Below are positions 48,759 through 59,054 of a DNA stretch of 64,000 nt, piece by piece (within the stretch, counting starts at the first letter, position 1; every line of letters starts with the position of its first letter). The DNA is from an uncultured virus (IMG/VR IMGVR_UViG_3300020455_000010) (taxonomy: Duplodnaviria > Heunggongvirae > Uroviricota > Caudoviricetes): IMG/VR virus record IMGVR_UViG_3300020455_000010; one strand, given 5' to 3'. Below the pieces are notes generated by a model. It was not told the DNA's origin. It ran no database searches and worked only from the letters and a program-made list of their open reading frames with translations. The position numbers and the translations under genes were made by a program.

Positions 48759-50165
48759 ATGTTTAACGCAGAAAAACTCCAAGAGAAGTGGGCACCTGTT
48801 CTTAACCACGAGGGAGCTCCCCAATTAGGAGATCGCTATAAGAAGTCGGTAACCGCAGTTCTTTTGGAAAACCAAGAGCGTTTCATGCGTGAAGAGCGTG
48901 GAATGTTAAACGAGGTAGCAGTTAACAGCCTAGGTGCTGGTACTGTATCTCCAGGTGGGTCAGCATTGGGTAATGCCAATACAGCTGGTCTAGCAGGTTT
49001 CGACCCTGTACTCATTAGTCTTGTTCGCCGTGCAATGCCTAACCTAATGGCATATGACGTATGTGGCGTTCAACCAATGAGTGGTCCTACTGGACTTATC
49101 TTTGCAATGCGTTCTCGTTACGAGAATCAAGGTGGAGAGGAAGCACTATTCAACGAACCAGATACTGGGTTCTCTGCTGCTGGCGATGCCACTGCAGGAG
49201 CATACACACCTAGAACAGGTGCTGGTGTTGGTGGTGATTCAGAGGGTAACAACCCTGCTCTACTTAACGACTCATCTCCTGGAACCTACGAAGTAGGAAA
49301 AGGAATGTCTCGTGAAGATCTTGAGACAATGGGTGAGGCAGGAAACCTCTTCCGTGAGATGTCATTCAGCATTGAGAAGACTTCTGTGACTGCAAAGTCA
49401 AGAGCACTCAAGGCAGAGTACACTCTAGAACTTGCACAGGACTTGAAAGCAATTCATGGTCTTGATGCAGAGCAGGAACTTGCTAACATCTTGTCTAGTG
49501 AAGTACTTGCTGAAATCAACCGTGAAGTTGTTAGAACAGTTTACACAGTTGCTAAAAAAGGTGCACAGAACAACACAGCAAATGCTGGCATCTTTGACCT
49601 CGACGTTGACTCCAACGGTAGATGGTCAGTTGAGAAATTCAAGGGTCTTCTATATCAGGTAGAGCGTGATGCAAACGCTATTGCCCAAGAGACTCGTAGA
49701 GGGAAGGGTAACTTCTTGATCTGCTCTGCAGACGTTGCTAGTGCTCTTGCTATGGCTGGTGTACTTGACTATAGTTCAGGTCTAACTGGTGCTGGTGGTC
49801 CTTCAATCGGTGAAGTAGATGACACAGGTAACCTTGCTGTTGGTACAATAAACGGACGTATTAAGGTCTTCGTTGATCCTTATGCTGCTAACTTGTCAGA
49901 CAAGCATTACTATGTTATTGGATATAAGGGTACATCCCCATATGATGCAGGAATATTCTACTGCCCATATGTTCCACTACAGATGGTTCGTTCTATCGAT
50001 CCAAATACATTCCAACCCAAGATTGGATTCAAGACACGTTATGGCATGGTTTCAAACCCATTCGTCACAACCAACGGTGCATACAATGGTACTCCAGATG
50101 GAGAATCGCTCACAGCGAATGCCAACATGTACTACAGACGTGTACAGGTTATCAACCTCATGTAA
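48759..50165 (+). CDS. gp23: major capsid protein gp23
   Basis: GVQPMSGPTGLIFAMR, ELAQDLKAIHGLDAE, FYCPYVPL, GFKTRYG. Confidence 0.98.
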   Translation: MFNAEKLQEKWAPVLNHEGAPQLGDRYKKSVTAVLLENQERFMREERGMLNEVAVNSLGAGTVSPGGSALGNANTAGLAGFDPVLISLVRRAMPNLMAYDVCGVQPMSGPTGLIFAMRSRYENQGGEEALFNEPDTGFSAAGDATAGAYTPRTGAGVGGDSEGNNPALLNDSSPGTYEVGKGMSREDLETMGEAGNLFREMSFSIEKTSVTAKSRALKAEYTLELAQDLKAIHGLDAEQELANILSSEVLAEINREVVRTVYTVAKKGAQNNTANAGIFDLDVDSNGRWSVEKFKGLLYQVERDANAIAQETRRGKGNFLICSADVASALAMAGVLDYSSGLTGAGGPSIGEVDDTGNLAVGTINGRIKVFVDPYAANLSDKHYYVIGYKGTSPYDAGIFYCPYVPLQMVRSIDPNTFQPKIGFKTRYGMVSNPFVTTNGAYNGTPDGESLTANANMYYRRVQVINLM

Positions 50166-50193
50166 TAAATATCTCGGTTCGAGATGGATCAAG

Positions 50194-50219
50194 AGAGACC
50201 CTACGGGGTCTCTTTTTTT
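50194..50219 (+). terminator. intrinsic terminator after gp23
   Basis: AGAGACCC-TACG-GGGTCTCT followed by a T run. Confidence 0.9.
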
Positions 50220-50250
50220 GTCCCTATATAATATAATAGAAGAATTTGTT

Positions 50251-50904
50251 ATGGGATTTTCGTTACCTAACCATGAAATAAAGGCAGGAACAAAAGATAA
50301 TGATAGTAAGTATGATATAACACACCAACTGTTATTCCAAACTCCTTTATTTGAAATTCATATAGATGATATTGATAACAGAGAATTAGAAAAAAACATA
50401 TACAAGTTAAAAGATAAATCTGAAGATGTTTTTGTAGGGTCAGATCGTGGTGGATGGCATTGTCAATTACAATCATCACAACCAAATACTCAATATGATC
50501 CTATTGATGATACTTTTGTACCAGTAATAGATAAGTTACCAGACATATTATATAATTTACCATTTGATCCCAAAGTAGGTGTGATTGATGATATAACTAT
50601 ATGGACAATTATAAATGGTAAAGGGTCTTACAACGTCGCACACAATCATCCAAACTGTGATCTTGCTGGTGTTTATTATGTTAAAGTACCTAAAGGTGAA
50701 TGTGGTAATATATCTTTTCATGATCCTAGACCTGCTTTATTTGGAAATACTTTTATGGTTGAAAGGTATGGAAGAATGGCAGTTACAAGATATCCAGTAG
50801 AAGGAAACATGTATTTGTTTCCTTCACATTTAATGCATGATGTTGGTATGAATAATGTTGATGAAGATAGAATAGCAATCTCTTTTAACTTAAGAGTGAG
50901 ATGA
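50251..50904 (+). CDS. putative 2OG-Fe(II) oxygenase
   Basis: AHNHP, GVYYV, FHDPRP, LFPSHLMHDV, RIAISFN; true start ATG 50251. Confidence 0.85.
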   Translation: MGFSLPNHEIKAGTKDNDSKYDITHQLLFQTPLFEIHIDDIDNRELEKNIYKLKDKSEDVFVGSDRGGWHCQLQSSQPNTQYDPIDDTFVPVIDKLPDILYNLPFDPKVGVIDDITIWTIINGKGSYNVAHNHPNCDLAGVYYVKVPKGECGNISFHDPRPALFGNTFMVERYGRMAVTRYPVEGNMYLFPSHLMHDVGMNNVDEDRIAISFNLRVR

Positions 50905-50916
50905 TAAATATACAGT

Positions 50917-51165
50917 ATGACTGTATATAATTTTCCAGATCCAGATTTTAATCCACCACCTGATGATGAAACATGGAGATGTGTGTCAGAGATGGGGATT
51001 AAAGAAACACGTCTGTTATATAGTGTCACTACATATTTTCTAGATAACTGGCCTAATGAAGGAAGACCTCCTTTAGAACATCAGTACTTAAATCATTTAA
51101 AAGTTAAACTGTTTGCTATGATTGCTGATTACAATTATACACACCAAACTAGCCCTGATAAATAG
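50917..51165 (+). CDS. hypothetical protein
   Basis: ATG ORF between oxygenase and gp3; WP...PPLEHQYL. Confidence 0.65.
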   Translation: MTVYNFPDPDFNPPPDDETWRCVSEMGIKETRLLYSVTTYFLDNWPNEGRPPLEHQYLNHLKVKLFAMIADYNYTHQTSPDK

Positions 51166-51185
51166 TAGTAGCTTGGGAAGTTGAC

Positions 51186-51698
51186 ATGCCAGCTAATTGG
51201 TACAAAGAACAACCGAAGAATAGAAACTTCTTAACACCTACTGGTTTCAAGTTAAAACTTGAAAAGTTTGAAGGTGTGGATTTCTTTTGTCAGTCAGCAA
51301 ATTTACCTGACGTTCAAATGCCATTCACAGAAGTACCTACTAGGTTTAGGGATTTCCCTATCATACCTGGTGGTGGTATTACTTATGGTGATTTGGTAAT
51401 TAGGTATATAATTGATGAAGACCTAGCAAATTATACTTCTGTATGGAACTGGATCAAAGAGAATGGTGGTGCTGAAGAACATCAAGAAGGTGGTGTTCAA
51501 TATTCAAATGCACAATTAGAAATTCAATCATCTCATTACAATCCAATATTCTATATTGACTTTGAAAGAATATTTCCTGTGTCATTAACTGACATCACAT
51601 TTGCTGCTGATGTTGGTGATATAGATTTCATCACTGCACAAGTTGTATTTAAATTTTTCAAGTATACTATACGTGATAAGAACTTTAAACCCATATAA
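51186..51698 (+). CDS. gp3: tail tube terminator/completion protein gp3
   Basis: NRNFLTPTGF, FFCQSANLP, IDEDLANY, FPVSL. Confidence 0.88.
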   Translation: MPANWYKEQPKNRNFLTPTGFKLKLEKFEGVDFFCQSANLPDVQMPFTEVPTRFRDFPIIPGGGITYGDLVIRYIIDEDLANYTSVWNWIKENGGAEEHQEGGVQYSNAQLEIQSSHYNPIFYIDFERIFPVSLTDITFAADVGDIDFITAQVVFKFFKYTIRDKNFKPI

Positions 51699-52171
51699 TG
51701 AAATTCAATATATTATTCCAACGTTTTGAAAAAATTAAAGAAGAATGGAAGAAGGATACTCAAATTGATTTCCAGTTTAAAAACAAAGAGTACTCCGAGG
51801 ATCTTGCACGTCTTGCTTTAGAAATTCCATTTCAACATAATAAATATCTCAACCATTACACTGACATATCTCAACTCAAAACTTCATTAGAGTTTGAACA
51901 TCGTAAACTGATGAGAGAAAGACGTGAGTATTATAGAGGTGAGGCTGATGGTAAAGTTTATGCTGAAAAACCTTTTGGTAAAAAGTTATCAACTGCAGAG
52001 GGATTAAAGGTCTATATGGAGTCTGATAATGATCTTATAGATTTGGAAGCAAGGATACGATACATGGATCAGATTCTTTATTTCCTAGATCAAGTAATGA
52101 AACAAATTACTAATAGGGGTTTTCAAATTAAATCTGCTATTGAATGGGAGAAATTTATTAATGGTTCTTAA
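51698..52171 (+). CDS. uvsY: recombination mediator UvsY
   Basis: HNKYL, REYYRG, RGFQIKSAIEWEKF. Confidence 0.9.
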   Translation: MKFNILFQRFEKIKEEWKKDTQIDFQFKNKEYSEDLARLALEIPFQHNKYLNHYTDISQLKTSLEFEHRKLMRERREYYRGEADGKVYAEKPFGKKLSTAEGLKVYMESDNDLIDLEARIRYMDQILYFLDQVMKQITNRGFQIKSAIEWEKFINGS

Positions 52172-52173
52172 TC

Positions 52174-53637
52174 ATGTCTTACTTAACTATCAAGAAAAAG
52201 AATGAAGTCTTTATGAAGATAGATTCTGAACCACACATACATCGTGAACTAGCAGACTATTTTTCATTCGAACTTCCCGAAGCAAAGTTTTTAAAAAGAC
52301 AACCTAGGTATCGTTATTGGGATGGTATGATCCATTTATATTCCCCTGCTACAGGAGAAATATATAATGGTTTACTTCCTCGTATACAACAATGGTGTGA
52401 AGAAAGAAAGTATAAGATACTTTTAGAAAAAAATGATTGGTATGGTAATTTAAATGATGACAATAATTTAATAACTCCACCAGGTATCAAATCCTTTATG
52501 GATAAAATCTGTAAGGTTGAACCAAGAGACTATCAATACTTTACTGTCTATAAGGCATTAAAGAATAACAGAGGACTATTTGTTTCTCCAACGGGATCTG
52601 GGAAGTCTCTTATGATATACTCCATAGTCAGATACTATGCTGCCACTAGCAAGAAGACGTTGATCGTCGTGCCTACTACGTCCCTCGTGGAACAGATGGT
52701 CAAGGACTTTACTAACTACGGTTGGGATGCTGAACATTACATGCATAAGATTTACAGTGGTAGGGATAAGAGTACTGACAAACATATTATCATATCTACG
52801 TGGCAATCAATCTATAAATTTCCTAAAAGATATTTTGATGATATTGATTGTGTGATAGGAGATGAGGCACATCTTTTCAAAGCCAAGTCACTGACTAGTA
52901 TAATGACCAAACTTCACAACGCCAAATATAGATTTGGTTTTACTGGAACCTTGGATGGTACTCAAACCCACAAGTGGGTACTAGAAGGATTGTTTGGAGT
53001 CTGTGACAAAGTAACTAGAACAGATGAATTAATAAAGAAAGGTCACCTTTCTAAATTAAGAATTAAAGTGCTAGTATGTCAACATACGTATCAACCTTTT
53101 GCAGATTATCATTCGGAGATGGAATATATTGTTCAACATCCTAAAAGAAATAATTTGATAAAGAATCTAGTATCAGATATAGAGGGAAACACACTAGTAC
53201 TATTCAATTATGTTGAGAAGCATGGTGAACCCCTTTATGAGTTAATAAATAATTCTGTAAGTGATGATAGAAAAGTATTTTTCGTACACGGTGCCACAGA
53301 TACTGATGATAGAGAACAAGTTAGAGAAATTACAGAAACAGAAGACAATGCAATTATCATTGCTTCTTATGGGACTTTCAGTACTGGGATTAACATTAAG
53401 CGGTTGCACAACATCATCTTTGCGTCCCCTAGCAAGTCCCGTATTAGAAACCTCCAGTCAATTGGTAGAGTACTACGTAAAGGTGAAGGAAAAACTATAG
53501 CAACACTATATGATATTGCTGATGATATATCTGGAGTAAGAGATAACTATACTTTAAAACATTTGTATGAAAGATTAAAAATATACAAAGAAGAAAACTT
53601 TAAGTATGAAATTACCAACGTTAATCTTATAGAATAA
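52174..53637 (+). CDS. uvsW: UvsW DNA helicase
   Basis: SPTGSGKS, DEAH, GFTGT, QSIGRVLR. Confidence 0.95.
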   Translation: MSYLTIKKKNEVFMKIDSEPHIHRELADYFSFELPEAKFLKRQPRYRYWDGMIHLYSPATGEIYNGLLPRIQQWCEERKYKILLEKNDWYGNLNDDNNLITPPGIKSFMDKICKVEPRDYQYFTVYKALKNNRGLFVSPTGSGKSLMIYSIVRYYAATSKKTLIVVPTTSLVEQMVKDFTNYGWDAEHYMHKIYSGRDKSTDKHIIISTWQSIYKFPKRYFDDIDCVIGDEAHLFKAKSLTSIMTKLHNAKYRFGFTGTLDGTQTHKWVLEGLFGVCDKVTRTDELIKKGHLSKLRIKVLVCQHTYQPFADYHSEMEYIVQHPKRNNLIKNLVSDIEGNTLVLFNYVEKHGEPLYELINNSVSDDRKVFFVHGATDTDDREQVREITETEDNAIIIASYGTFSTGINIKRLHNIIFASPSKSRIRNLQSIGRVLRKGEGKTIATLYDIADDISGVRDNYTLKHLYERLKIYKEENFKYEITNVNLIE

Positions 53638-53638
53638 T

Positions 53639-54031
53639 ATGGAAGAAGAATTTTTTGCAGCAATTAAATTAACTACAGGTGAAGAACTTATTGCAAAGGT
53701 TTGTTATATGAATGAAGAAGATACTCTATTGGTTGATAATCCAATGGTGGTAAAGAAGATTGTTCAAAAAAGAGGTGGACTAGCAATAGAAGGATTCCAT
53801 TTAAAAGAATGGATGACTGCCACGTATGATAATTTGTTTATTATAAAAATGAATCAAGTGGTAACAATAACAGAACTAGACAAAAAAATAGAGGTGTTTT
53901 ATCTACAACACCTCCAACAGGATGACAATAATATTCAGAATATTGAAAAAGGTTTAACTAGACAAATGGGTTATCTAGGTTCTGTTCAAGAGACTAAAAA
54001 GATATTAGAGAATATCTATAATAATAGCTAA
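53639..54031 (+). CDS. conserved hypothetical protein (possible Sm-like fold)
   Basis: IKLTTGEELIAKV N-terminus; MGYLGSV. Confidence 0.7.
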   Translation: MEEEFFAAIKLTTGEELIAKVCYMNEEDTLLVDNPMVVKKIVQKRGGLAIEGFHLKEWMTATYDNLFIIKMNQVVTITELDKKIEVFYLQHLQQDDNNIQNIEKGLTRQMGYLGSVQETKKILENIYNNS

Positions 54032-54059
54032 TACCTACCCATGAACCCTTAACAGAGTT

Positions 54060-54088
54060 AGTCTAATACGTTTTTAGGTATCTGTCAA
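54060..54088 (-). promoter_or_regulatory. divergent sigma70-type promoter, antisense to upstream genes
   Basis: Minus strand TTGACA (54088-54083)-N17-TAGACT (54065-54060). Confidence 0.55.
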
Positions 54089-54094
54089 GCTCTA

Positions 54095-54123
54095 TTGACA
54101 AATCGGGTATTTTATACTATACT
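54095..54123 (+). promoter_or_regulatory. sigma70-type promoter for gp55
   Basis: TTGACA-N17-TATACT. Confidence 0.8.
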
Positions 54124-54144
54124 ACTATCAGTAAAAGTAACTGC

Positions 54145-54639
54145 ATGGCAAAGGCAAAGACTGAATACTATGTAAATAACAGAGAATTTTTAGAAGCAAT
54201 TGTTGCTTATAAAGGTCGTGTTCGTAGTGCAAAAGAATCTAATAGTGATAGACCTCGTGTTCCTAATTACATAGGTTCCTGCTTCTTAAAGATTGCTACA
54301 CATCTATCATACAAACCAAATTTTGTCAACTACATGTTTCGAGAGGACATGATATGTGATGGTATTGAGAACTGCTTACAGTACATAGATAATTTTAATC
54401 CAGAGAAATCTTCTAATCCTTTTGCTTATTTCACACAGATAATATACTATGCTTTCTTGAGAAGAATACAAAAAGAGAAAAGACAGTTAGAAATTAAAAG
54501 TAAGATACTTGAAAAATCTGGTTATCAGGAAGTCATGCATACTGATTCATACACTGGTGACATGCAAGGAATGAATGCTTCTGCTGCTGACATGGGTAGT
54601 ATTAAAGAAAATATAGAAACAAGGATGAATAACCGCTAA
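54145..54639 (+). CDS. gp55: late transcription sigma factor gp55
   Basis: YVNNREF, NPFAYFTQIIYYAFLRRIQKEK. Confidence 0.95.
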   Translation: MAKAKTEYYVNNREFLEAIVAYKGRVRSAKESNSDRPRVPNYIGSCFLKIATHLSYKPNFVNYMFREDMICDGIENCLQYIDNFNPEKSSNPFAYFTQIIYYAFLRRIQKEKRQLEIKSKILEKSGYQEVMHTDSYTGDMQGMNASAADMGSIKENIETRMNNR

Positions 54640-54803
54640 TGGAAGACGAACATTTACCTTCACATCTGAATGATCTATGGGAAGACATGGATCGTCTTAA
54701 TGCATTATACGAAGAACTCATGTGGGATCATGAAGTAGCATTAGAATTTATAGCAGACTATGAAAACAATCGTATTATAATACAACCTTATCCCTCATCG
54801 TAA
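54639..54803 (+). CDS. small acidic hypothetical protein (54 aa), not in ORF track
   Basis: MEDEHLPSHLNDLWEDMDRLNALYEELMW...; TAATG coupling at both ends. Confidence 0.7.
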   Translation: MEDEHLPSHLNDLWEDMDRLNALYEELMWDHEVALEFIADYENNRIIIQPYPSS

Positions 54804-55249
54804 TGGAATTATATAATAATGACACAGGTGTACACAATCGTGTACAGATAACCATTGACCTAAACGAATTGGTATGGGCAAGAGGAGAATACCTCAAGCA
54901 AGAAATGTCTGTCAATCAAAATGAGTACCTAGCAGATAATTTAAGAAGATCATTAACTTGGGACACCATGTATAGTATGATCGATCAGTCTATATTAGAG
55001 TTCTTTGAAAATCATGAGCATCCAGAAGTATGGGATCCTCATTATGGTGAGAGAACTATTGAAACTGTTGAGTTAACAATGGAGAAGGAAAAGAAAGCAA
55101 AAGAGAAAGAGTTTAAAAAGAATTTTGATATGGTTAAATTAGAATCCTCATCATGGACAATAGAAGTACCAGTCAGGAAAAAAGAAAAGAAAGAAGTATC
55201 TGCTGATGGATACAAAGCACAAGAACATCGTTACTCCGATCCTCAATGA
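54803..55249 (+). CDS. hypothetical protein
   Basis: Translationally coupled ATG ORF. Confidence 0.7.
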   Translation: MELYNNDTGVHNRVQITIDLNELVWARGEYLKQEMSVNQNEYLADNLRRSLTWDTMYSMIDQSILEFFENHEHPEVWDPHYGERTIETVELTMEKEKKAKEKEFKKNFDMVKLESSSWTIEVPVRKKEKKEVSADGYKAQEHRYSDPQ

Positions 55250-56289
55250 CTACGGTTGCTATTATTACTGACCAGCATCTCGATGGTCGGAAGGGTAATA
55301 TTAATTTTTGGAATTATTTTAAAAAGTTCTATGATGATGTATTCTTCCCTACACTAGAAAAGAAAAAGATTAAGACAGTTCTTGATTTGGGTGATACCTT
55401 TGATCAGAGAAAGAGTATAGATTTTAATGTATGGAATCGTATACGTACTCATTACTTCAAACGCCTAGAAGATATGGGTGTAGAAGTTCATATGATTGTT
55501 GGTAATCATACAGCATATTATAAGAATACTAATTATGTTAACTCACCTAATCTTTTATTGGGGGAGTTTCCGAACATAAAAATTTATTCTGAACCAACAG
55601 AGATTACTGTTCATGGTAGAAAGATATGTTTGTTACCTTGGATTAATTCAGAGAACAAACAGAAGTCATTAGATCTTATTAAATCTACTGATGCAGAGAT
55701 AGCAATGGGTCATTTAGAACTAGATGGATTTGAGATGACTCCTGGTTTGGTAGGGCATGGTATGAGTCCAATTGTATTTGCTAATTTTAAAAAGGTATTT
55801 ACAGGTCACTATCATCATAAGTCAAAGAAAGGTAATATAACATACCTAGGCAATCCTTATGAGATGTACTGGAATGATTATAATGATCCTCGTGGATTTC
55901 ATCTCTTTACTCCAGACACCATGAAAACTACATTGGTGAAGAATCCATATAGGATGTTTAAAAAATTATACTATAACGATGTTGACAAAGACATGGAAGT
56001 AGATTATAATGAGTACAAGGACACCTACATCAAGGTGATCGTTGAGGAAAAAAGAGATTACGAAAAGTTTGAGATGGTGATTGATCATCTCTATAAGGCA
56101 GGAGCACACGATGTTAAAATCGTTGAGACTCTTATAGACAATATTATAGATGAAGATTCTTCTTTAGAAATCAAAGATACATTGACTTTGCTTAATGAAT
56201 ATATTGATGAGGTAGAGATGACCGTAGATAAAGATGATTTAAAGAAGGTCATGAGGTCGCTATATATTGAGAGTGCTGAAATGGTATAA
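55246..56289 (+). CDS. gp47: recombination endonuclease gp47 (Mre11-like)
   Basis: TDQH, LGDTFD, GNH, GH, GHYH metallophosphoesterase motifs. Confidence 0.95.
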   Translation: MTTVAIITDQHLDGRKGNINFWNYFKKFYDDVFFPTLEKKKIKTVLDLGDTFDQRKSIDFNVWNRIRTHYFKRLEDMGVEVHMIVGNHTAYYKNTNYVNSPNLLLGEFPNIKIYSEPTEITVHGRKICLLPWINSENKQKSLDLIKSTDAEIAMGHLELDGFEMTPGLVGHGMSPIVFANFKKVFTGHYHHKSKKGNITYLGNPYEMYWNDYNDPRGFHLFTPDTMKTTLVKNPYRMFKKLYYNDVDKDMEVDYNEYKDTYIKVIVEEKRDYEKFEMVIDHLYKAGAHDVKIVETLIDNIIDEDSSLEIKDTLTLLNEYIDEVEMTVDKDDLKKVMRSLYIESAEMV

Positions 56290-56561
56290 TGTCCTACATT
56301 CTCACATTAAAGAATAGACCAGAAGGAGTTTTTTCAGTGGTGAGTGATATTACAGGAGAACATGTCATACCAATCTTTGATGATAAGGATGATATTTTTA
56401 GATATGCTGAACAGTTGGTGGAAGATCCAAACAACCCACCTTTACAGGTGATAAAGATACCCACTCAAGAAATTGTCACAGCATGTGAAGAAAAGAAACA
56501 GCAGTATGTTATAATAACCATTGATGATATGATGATTCCTCCTCTTGAATTACATGAATGA
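56289..56561 (+). CDS. hypothetical protein
   Basis: Between gp47 and gp46; IFDDKDDIFRYA...DDMMIPP. Confidence 0.7.
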   Translation: MSYILTLKNRPEGVFSVVSDITGEHVIPIFDDKDDIFRYAEQLVEDPNNPPLQVIKIPTQEIVTACEEKKQQYVIITIDDMMIPPLELHE

Positions 56562-56580
56562 TATGCAAAACTGATAAAGC

Positions 56581-58269
56581 ATGATTATATTTGAAAAAAT
56601 TCGGTGGAAGAATTTCCTCTCTACAGGAAATGTCTTTACTGAAATAAATTTGTCATCTACTAAAACTAATTTAATCGTTGGTGCTAACGGTGCTGGTAAG
56701 TCAACCATCCTAGATGCGTTGACCTTTTCTCTGTTTGGAAAATCATTCAGGAAAATTAGCAAAAGCATGTTAGTTAATAGTATCAATGAAAAGGATTGTG
56801 TAGTAGAGATTGAGTTTAGTAAAGGACCGAATAAATTCAAAATAGTTAGAGGTATCAAACCTAACAAGTTAGAGATATATCAGAATGGTGAAATGCTAGA
56901 TCAGTCTAGCAATGTTAATGATTATCAGAAACAATTAGAACATAACATCCTTAAGATGAACTACAAGTCTTTCACACAGATTGTAGTGTTGGGATCTAGT
57001 ACCTTTGTTCCTTTCATGCGTTTACCTACAACACAACGCAGAGAGATTATTGAGGATATATTAGACATTCAAATATTCTCTATGATGAATCAGGTATTGA
57101 AAGATAAAGTTAGAACTTCTAATGATGAACTTAAGCAAGTTGATTATGAAACTCATCTTGCAGAAGAAAAGATTAATATGCAAAAGGATTTTATATCTGC
57201 AATGGGTCAAAAGAATTTAGATACTATAGTATCAAAACAAGAGAAGATTGAAGTTTTAATGCAGGAAGAAGAAGAAATTATTGGTAAGAATAAAATTGCT
57301 ATAGTTGAGTTGGATAACCTTTCTGATGCAAAGACAAAGTTGAGGACGTTGAATACATTAAAAGGTTCTATAGAACAGAAGTTTAATACACATAAGAAAG
57401 AGCATGAGTTCTTTGTTAAGAATACTACATGTCCTACTTGTAGTCAGTCTCTCACGAAGGAGTTAAAGGAGAGTAAGATTGCTACTATAATGGAATCAAT
57501 TAAAGAACTTCAGATAGGGTTCGAAAAGATGGAGACATCTATTGCATTAGCAGAGGACAGAGAGAGGAAACACAGCAGCATTTCGAAGGCAATCGCAGAG
57601 CATAATACTACATCATTAAGGATACAAAAACAGATTAAAGAAGTTTACGATGAGATAGAAACATTACAAAATGAAAAGAATAATACAATTCAAGAAGAAG
57701 AGAAACTAATTAAACTTGAAACTGATTATTTAAATCTTAAGAAGTTGGTTGCTACTATGAAGGAAGAGAGGAATACTCTTCTTGCTGCAACAATATTATT
57801 AAAAGATAATGGTATCAAGACTAGGGTTATCAAACGCTATCTTCCAGTGATGAATAAGTTGATCAATCAACATCTTCAGAATCTTGAGTTCTATGTTAAT
57901 TTTAATTTAGATGAGAACTTCGAAGAGACTATTAAATCAAGATACAGGGATACCTTTACCTACGAATCTTTTTCTGAAGGAGAGAAAGCTAGGATTGATA
58001 TTGCTTTGTTGCTTACTTGGCGTAGCATTGCTAAACTTAAAAATAGCGTTGACACTAATATCCTTATACTAGATGAGATCTTTGATGGATCATTAGACCA
58101 GAATGGTACTGGTGAACTAGGATGGATCTTACGTAACTTTGATGACAACACAAATATATTTGTCATCAGTCATAAGGAGACATTAGAAGGAAAGTTTGAA
58201 CGTACCTTGCTAGTAGAGAAGCATCAGAATTATAGTGTGGTTAAGGAGTCAGTTAACGAAGTGGACTAA
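56581..58269 (+). CDS. gp46: recombination ATPase gp46 (Rad50-like)
   Basis: GANGAGKST, CPTC hook, FSEGEK, LILDE. Confidence 0.96.
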   Translation: MIIFEKIRWKNFLSTGNVFTEINLSSTKTNLIVGANGAGKSTILDALTFSLFGKSFRKISKSMLVNSINEKDCVVEIEFSKGPNKFKIVRGIKPNKLEIYQNGEMLDQSSNVNDYQKQLEHNILKMNYKSFTQIVVLGSSTFVPFMRLPTTQRREIIEDILDIQIFSMMNQVLKDKVRTSNDELKQVDYETHLAEEKINMQKDFISAMGQKNLDTIVSKQEKIEVLMQEEEEIIGKNKIAIVELDNLSDAKTKLRTLNTLKGSIEQKFNTHKKEHEFFVKNTTCPTCSQSLTKELKESKIATIMESIKELQIGFEKMETSIALAEDRERKHSSISKAIAEHNTTSLRIQKQIKEVYDEIETLQNEKNNTIQEEEKLIKLETDYLNLKKLVATMKEERNTLLAATILLKDNGIKTRVIKRYLPVMNKLINQHLQNLEFYVNFNLDENFEETIKSRYRDTFTYESFSEGEKARIDIALLLTWRSIAKLKNSVDTNILILDEIFDGSLDQNGTGELGWILRNFDDNTNIFVISHKETLEGKFERTLLVEKHQNYSVVKESVNEVD

Positions 58270-58293
58270 TCGGTAGCACAACCCTTGATGGTG

Positions 58294-58302
58294 TGTTATA
58301 AT
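58294..58302 (+). promoter_or_regulatory. extended -10 promoter element
   Basis: TGTTATAAT upstream of 58324. Confidence 0.45.
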
Positions 58303-58323
58303 AAATGTAATCAAGATTAAATT

Positions 58324-58572
58324 ATGGCACAATTTACATTTACATGTGTTGATGAAGAGAACTGTACTACTACGGTAGAATTTGAAGGTATCTTTTTACC
58401 ACATGTTATTGATAGAGTTGAAGGATTTCTTAAAGCATCTGGATTCTTCTTTGAAGAATTGCATTATTCTAAATCAGAAGAAATTGATTTTGAAGAAGAA
58501 ATCAAGGCAGGACTAACTAGTAGTATAGAACCAGAGAAAAATGATGACGTACAAGGAGAACCCTCTTTTTAA
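58324..58572 (+). CDS. hypothetical protein
   Basis: QFTFTC...FLKASGF. Confidence 0.65.
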   Translation: MAQFTFTCVDEENCTTTVEFEGIFLPHVIDRVEGFLKASGFFFEELHYSKSEEIDFEEEIKAGLTSSIEPEKNDDVQGEPSF

Positions 58573-58744
58573 TCCACATCAATACATAGGTTGCATTGCT
58601 GTTATGAAAGATGGTAGACACTGTAAAATTATTGGTGACGAGGGATTGCCTAGTAGTCCAACACATAAAATTATGATGCAAGACCTTGACGGAGAAGTTT
58701 TTACATGCTATCATGTAGATATTGAAAATGTAATGGGAAATTGA
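58541..58744 (+). CDS. hypothetical protein
   Basis: ATG ORF in operon context. Confidence 0.55.
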   Translation: MMTYKENPLFNPHQYIGCIAVMKDGRHCKIIGDEGLPSSPTHKIMMQDLDGEVFTCYHVDIENVMGN

Positions 58745-58745
58745 T

Positions 58746-59054
58746 TTGAAATATAATGAAGAAGAACTCATTAATGAGGTTCGTGATTACATCAGTTCAA
58801 CATACCGAGGTCATTATTCTGCAGGAAACGTACAGACTCTTGACCTAATTGATTCTGTTGGTGATGCTGAAGCATTCTGTAGGAGTAATGTCCTTAAGTA
58901 TGCAGCACGTTACGATAGAAAAGGAACAGCACGTAAGGATATTGTAAAGATCATTCATTATGGATTGCTCCTACTCCACTTCAATGATAAACGTGCAGCA
59001 GCAAATGCTGCCCAGACTGGAGCTACATCATTTACCGTTGATTATGACAAATAA
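58746..59054 (+). CDS. DUF3310-like conserved phage protein
   Basis: TYRGHY, FCRSNVLKYAARY..KG...KDIVKIIHY. Confidence 0.75.
   Translation: MKYNEEELINEVRDYISSTYRGHYSAGNVQTLDLIDSVGDAEAFCRSNVLKYAARYDRKGTARKDIVKIIHYGLLLLHFNDKRAAANAAQTGATSFTVDYDK

Noticed and set aside
50171..50185. Small hairpin ATCTCG-GTT-CGAGAT after gp23 as an ncRNA
   Set aside because: Only 6 bp, adjacent to the terminator; no further structure to support an RNA gene
49873..50250. Apparent N-terminal extension of the oxygenase overlapping gp23 (frameshift fusion?)
   Set aside because: It crosses a strong terminator, no slippery site was seen, and the ATG at 50251 gives a complete protein
40111..58269. Introns or inteins in gp17, gp20, gp23, uvsW or gp46
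   Set aside because: ORFs are continuous, of ordinary length, and show no intein motifs
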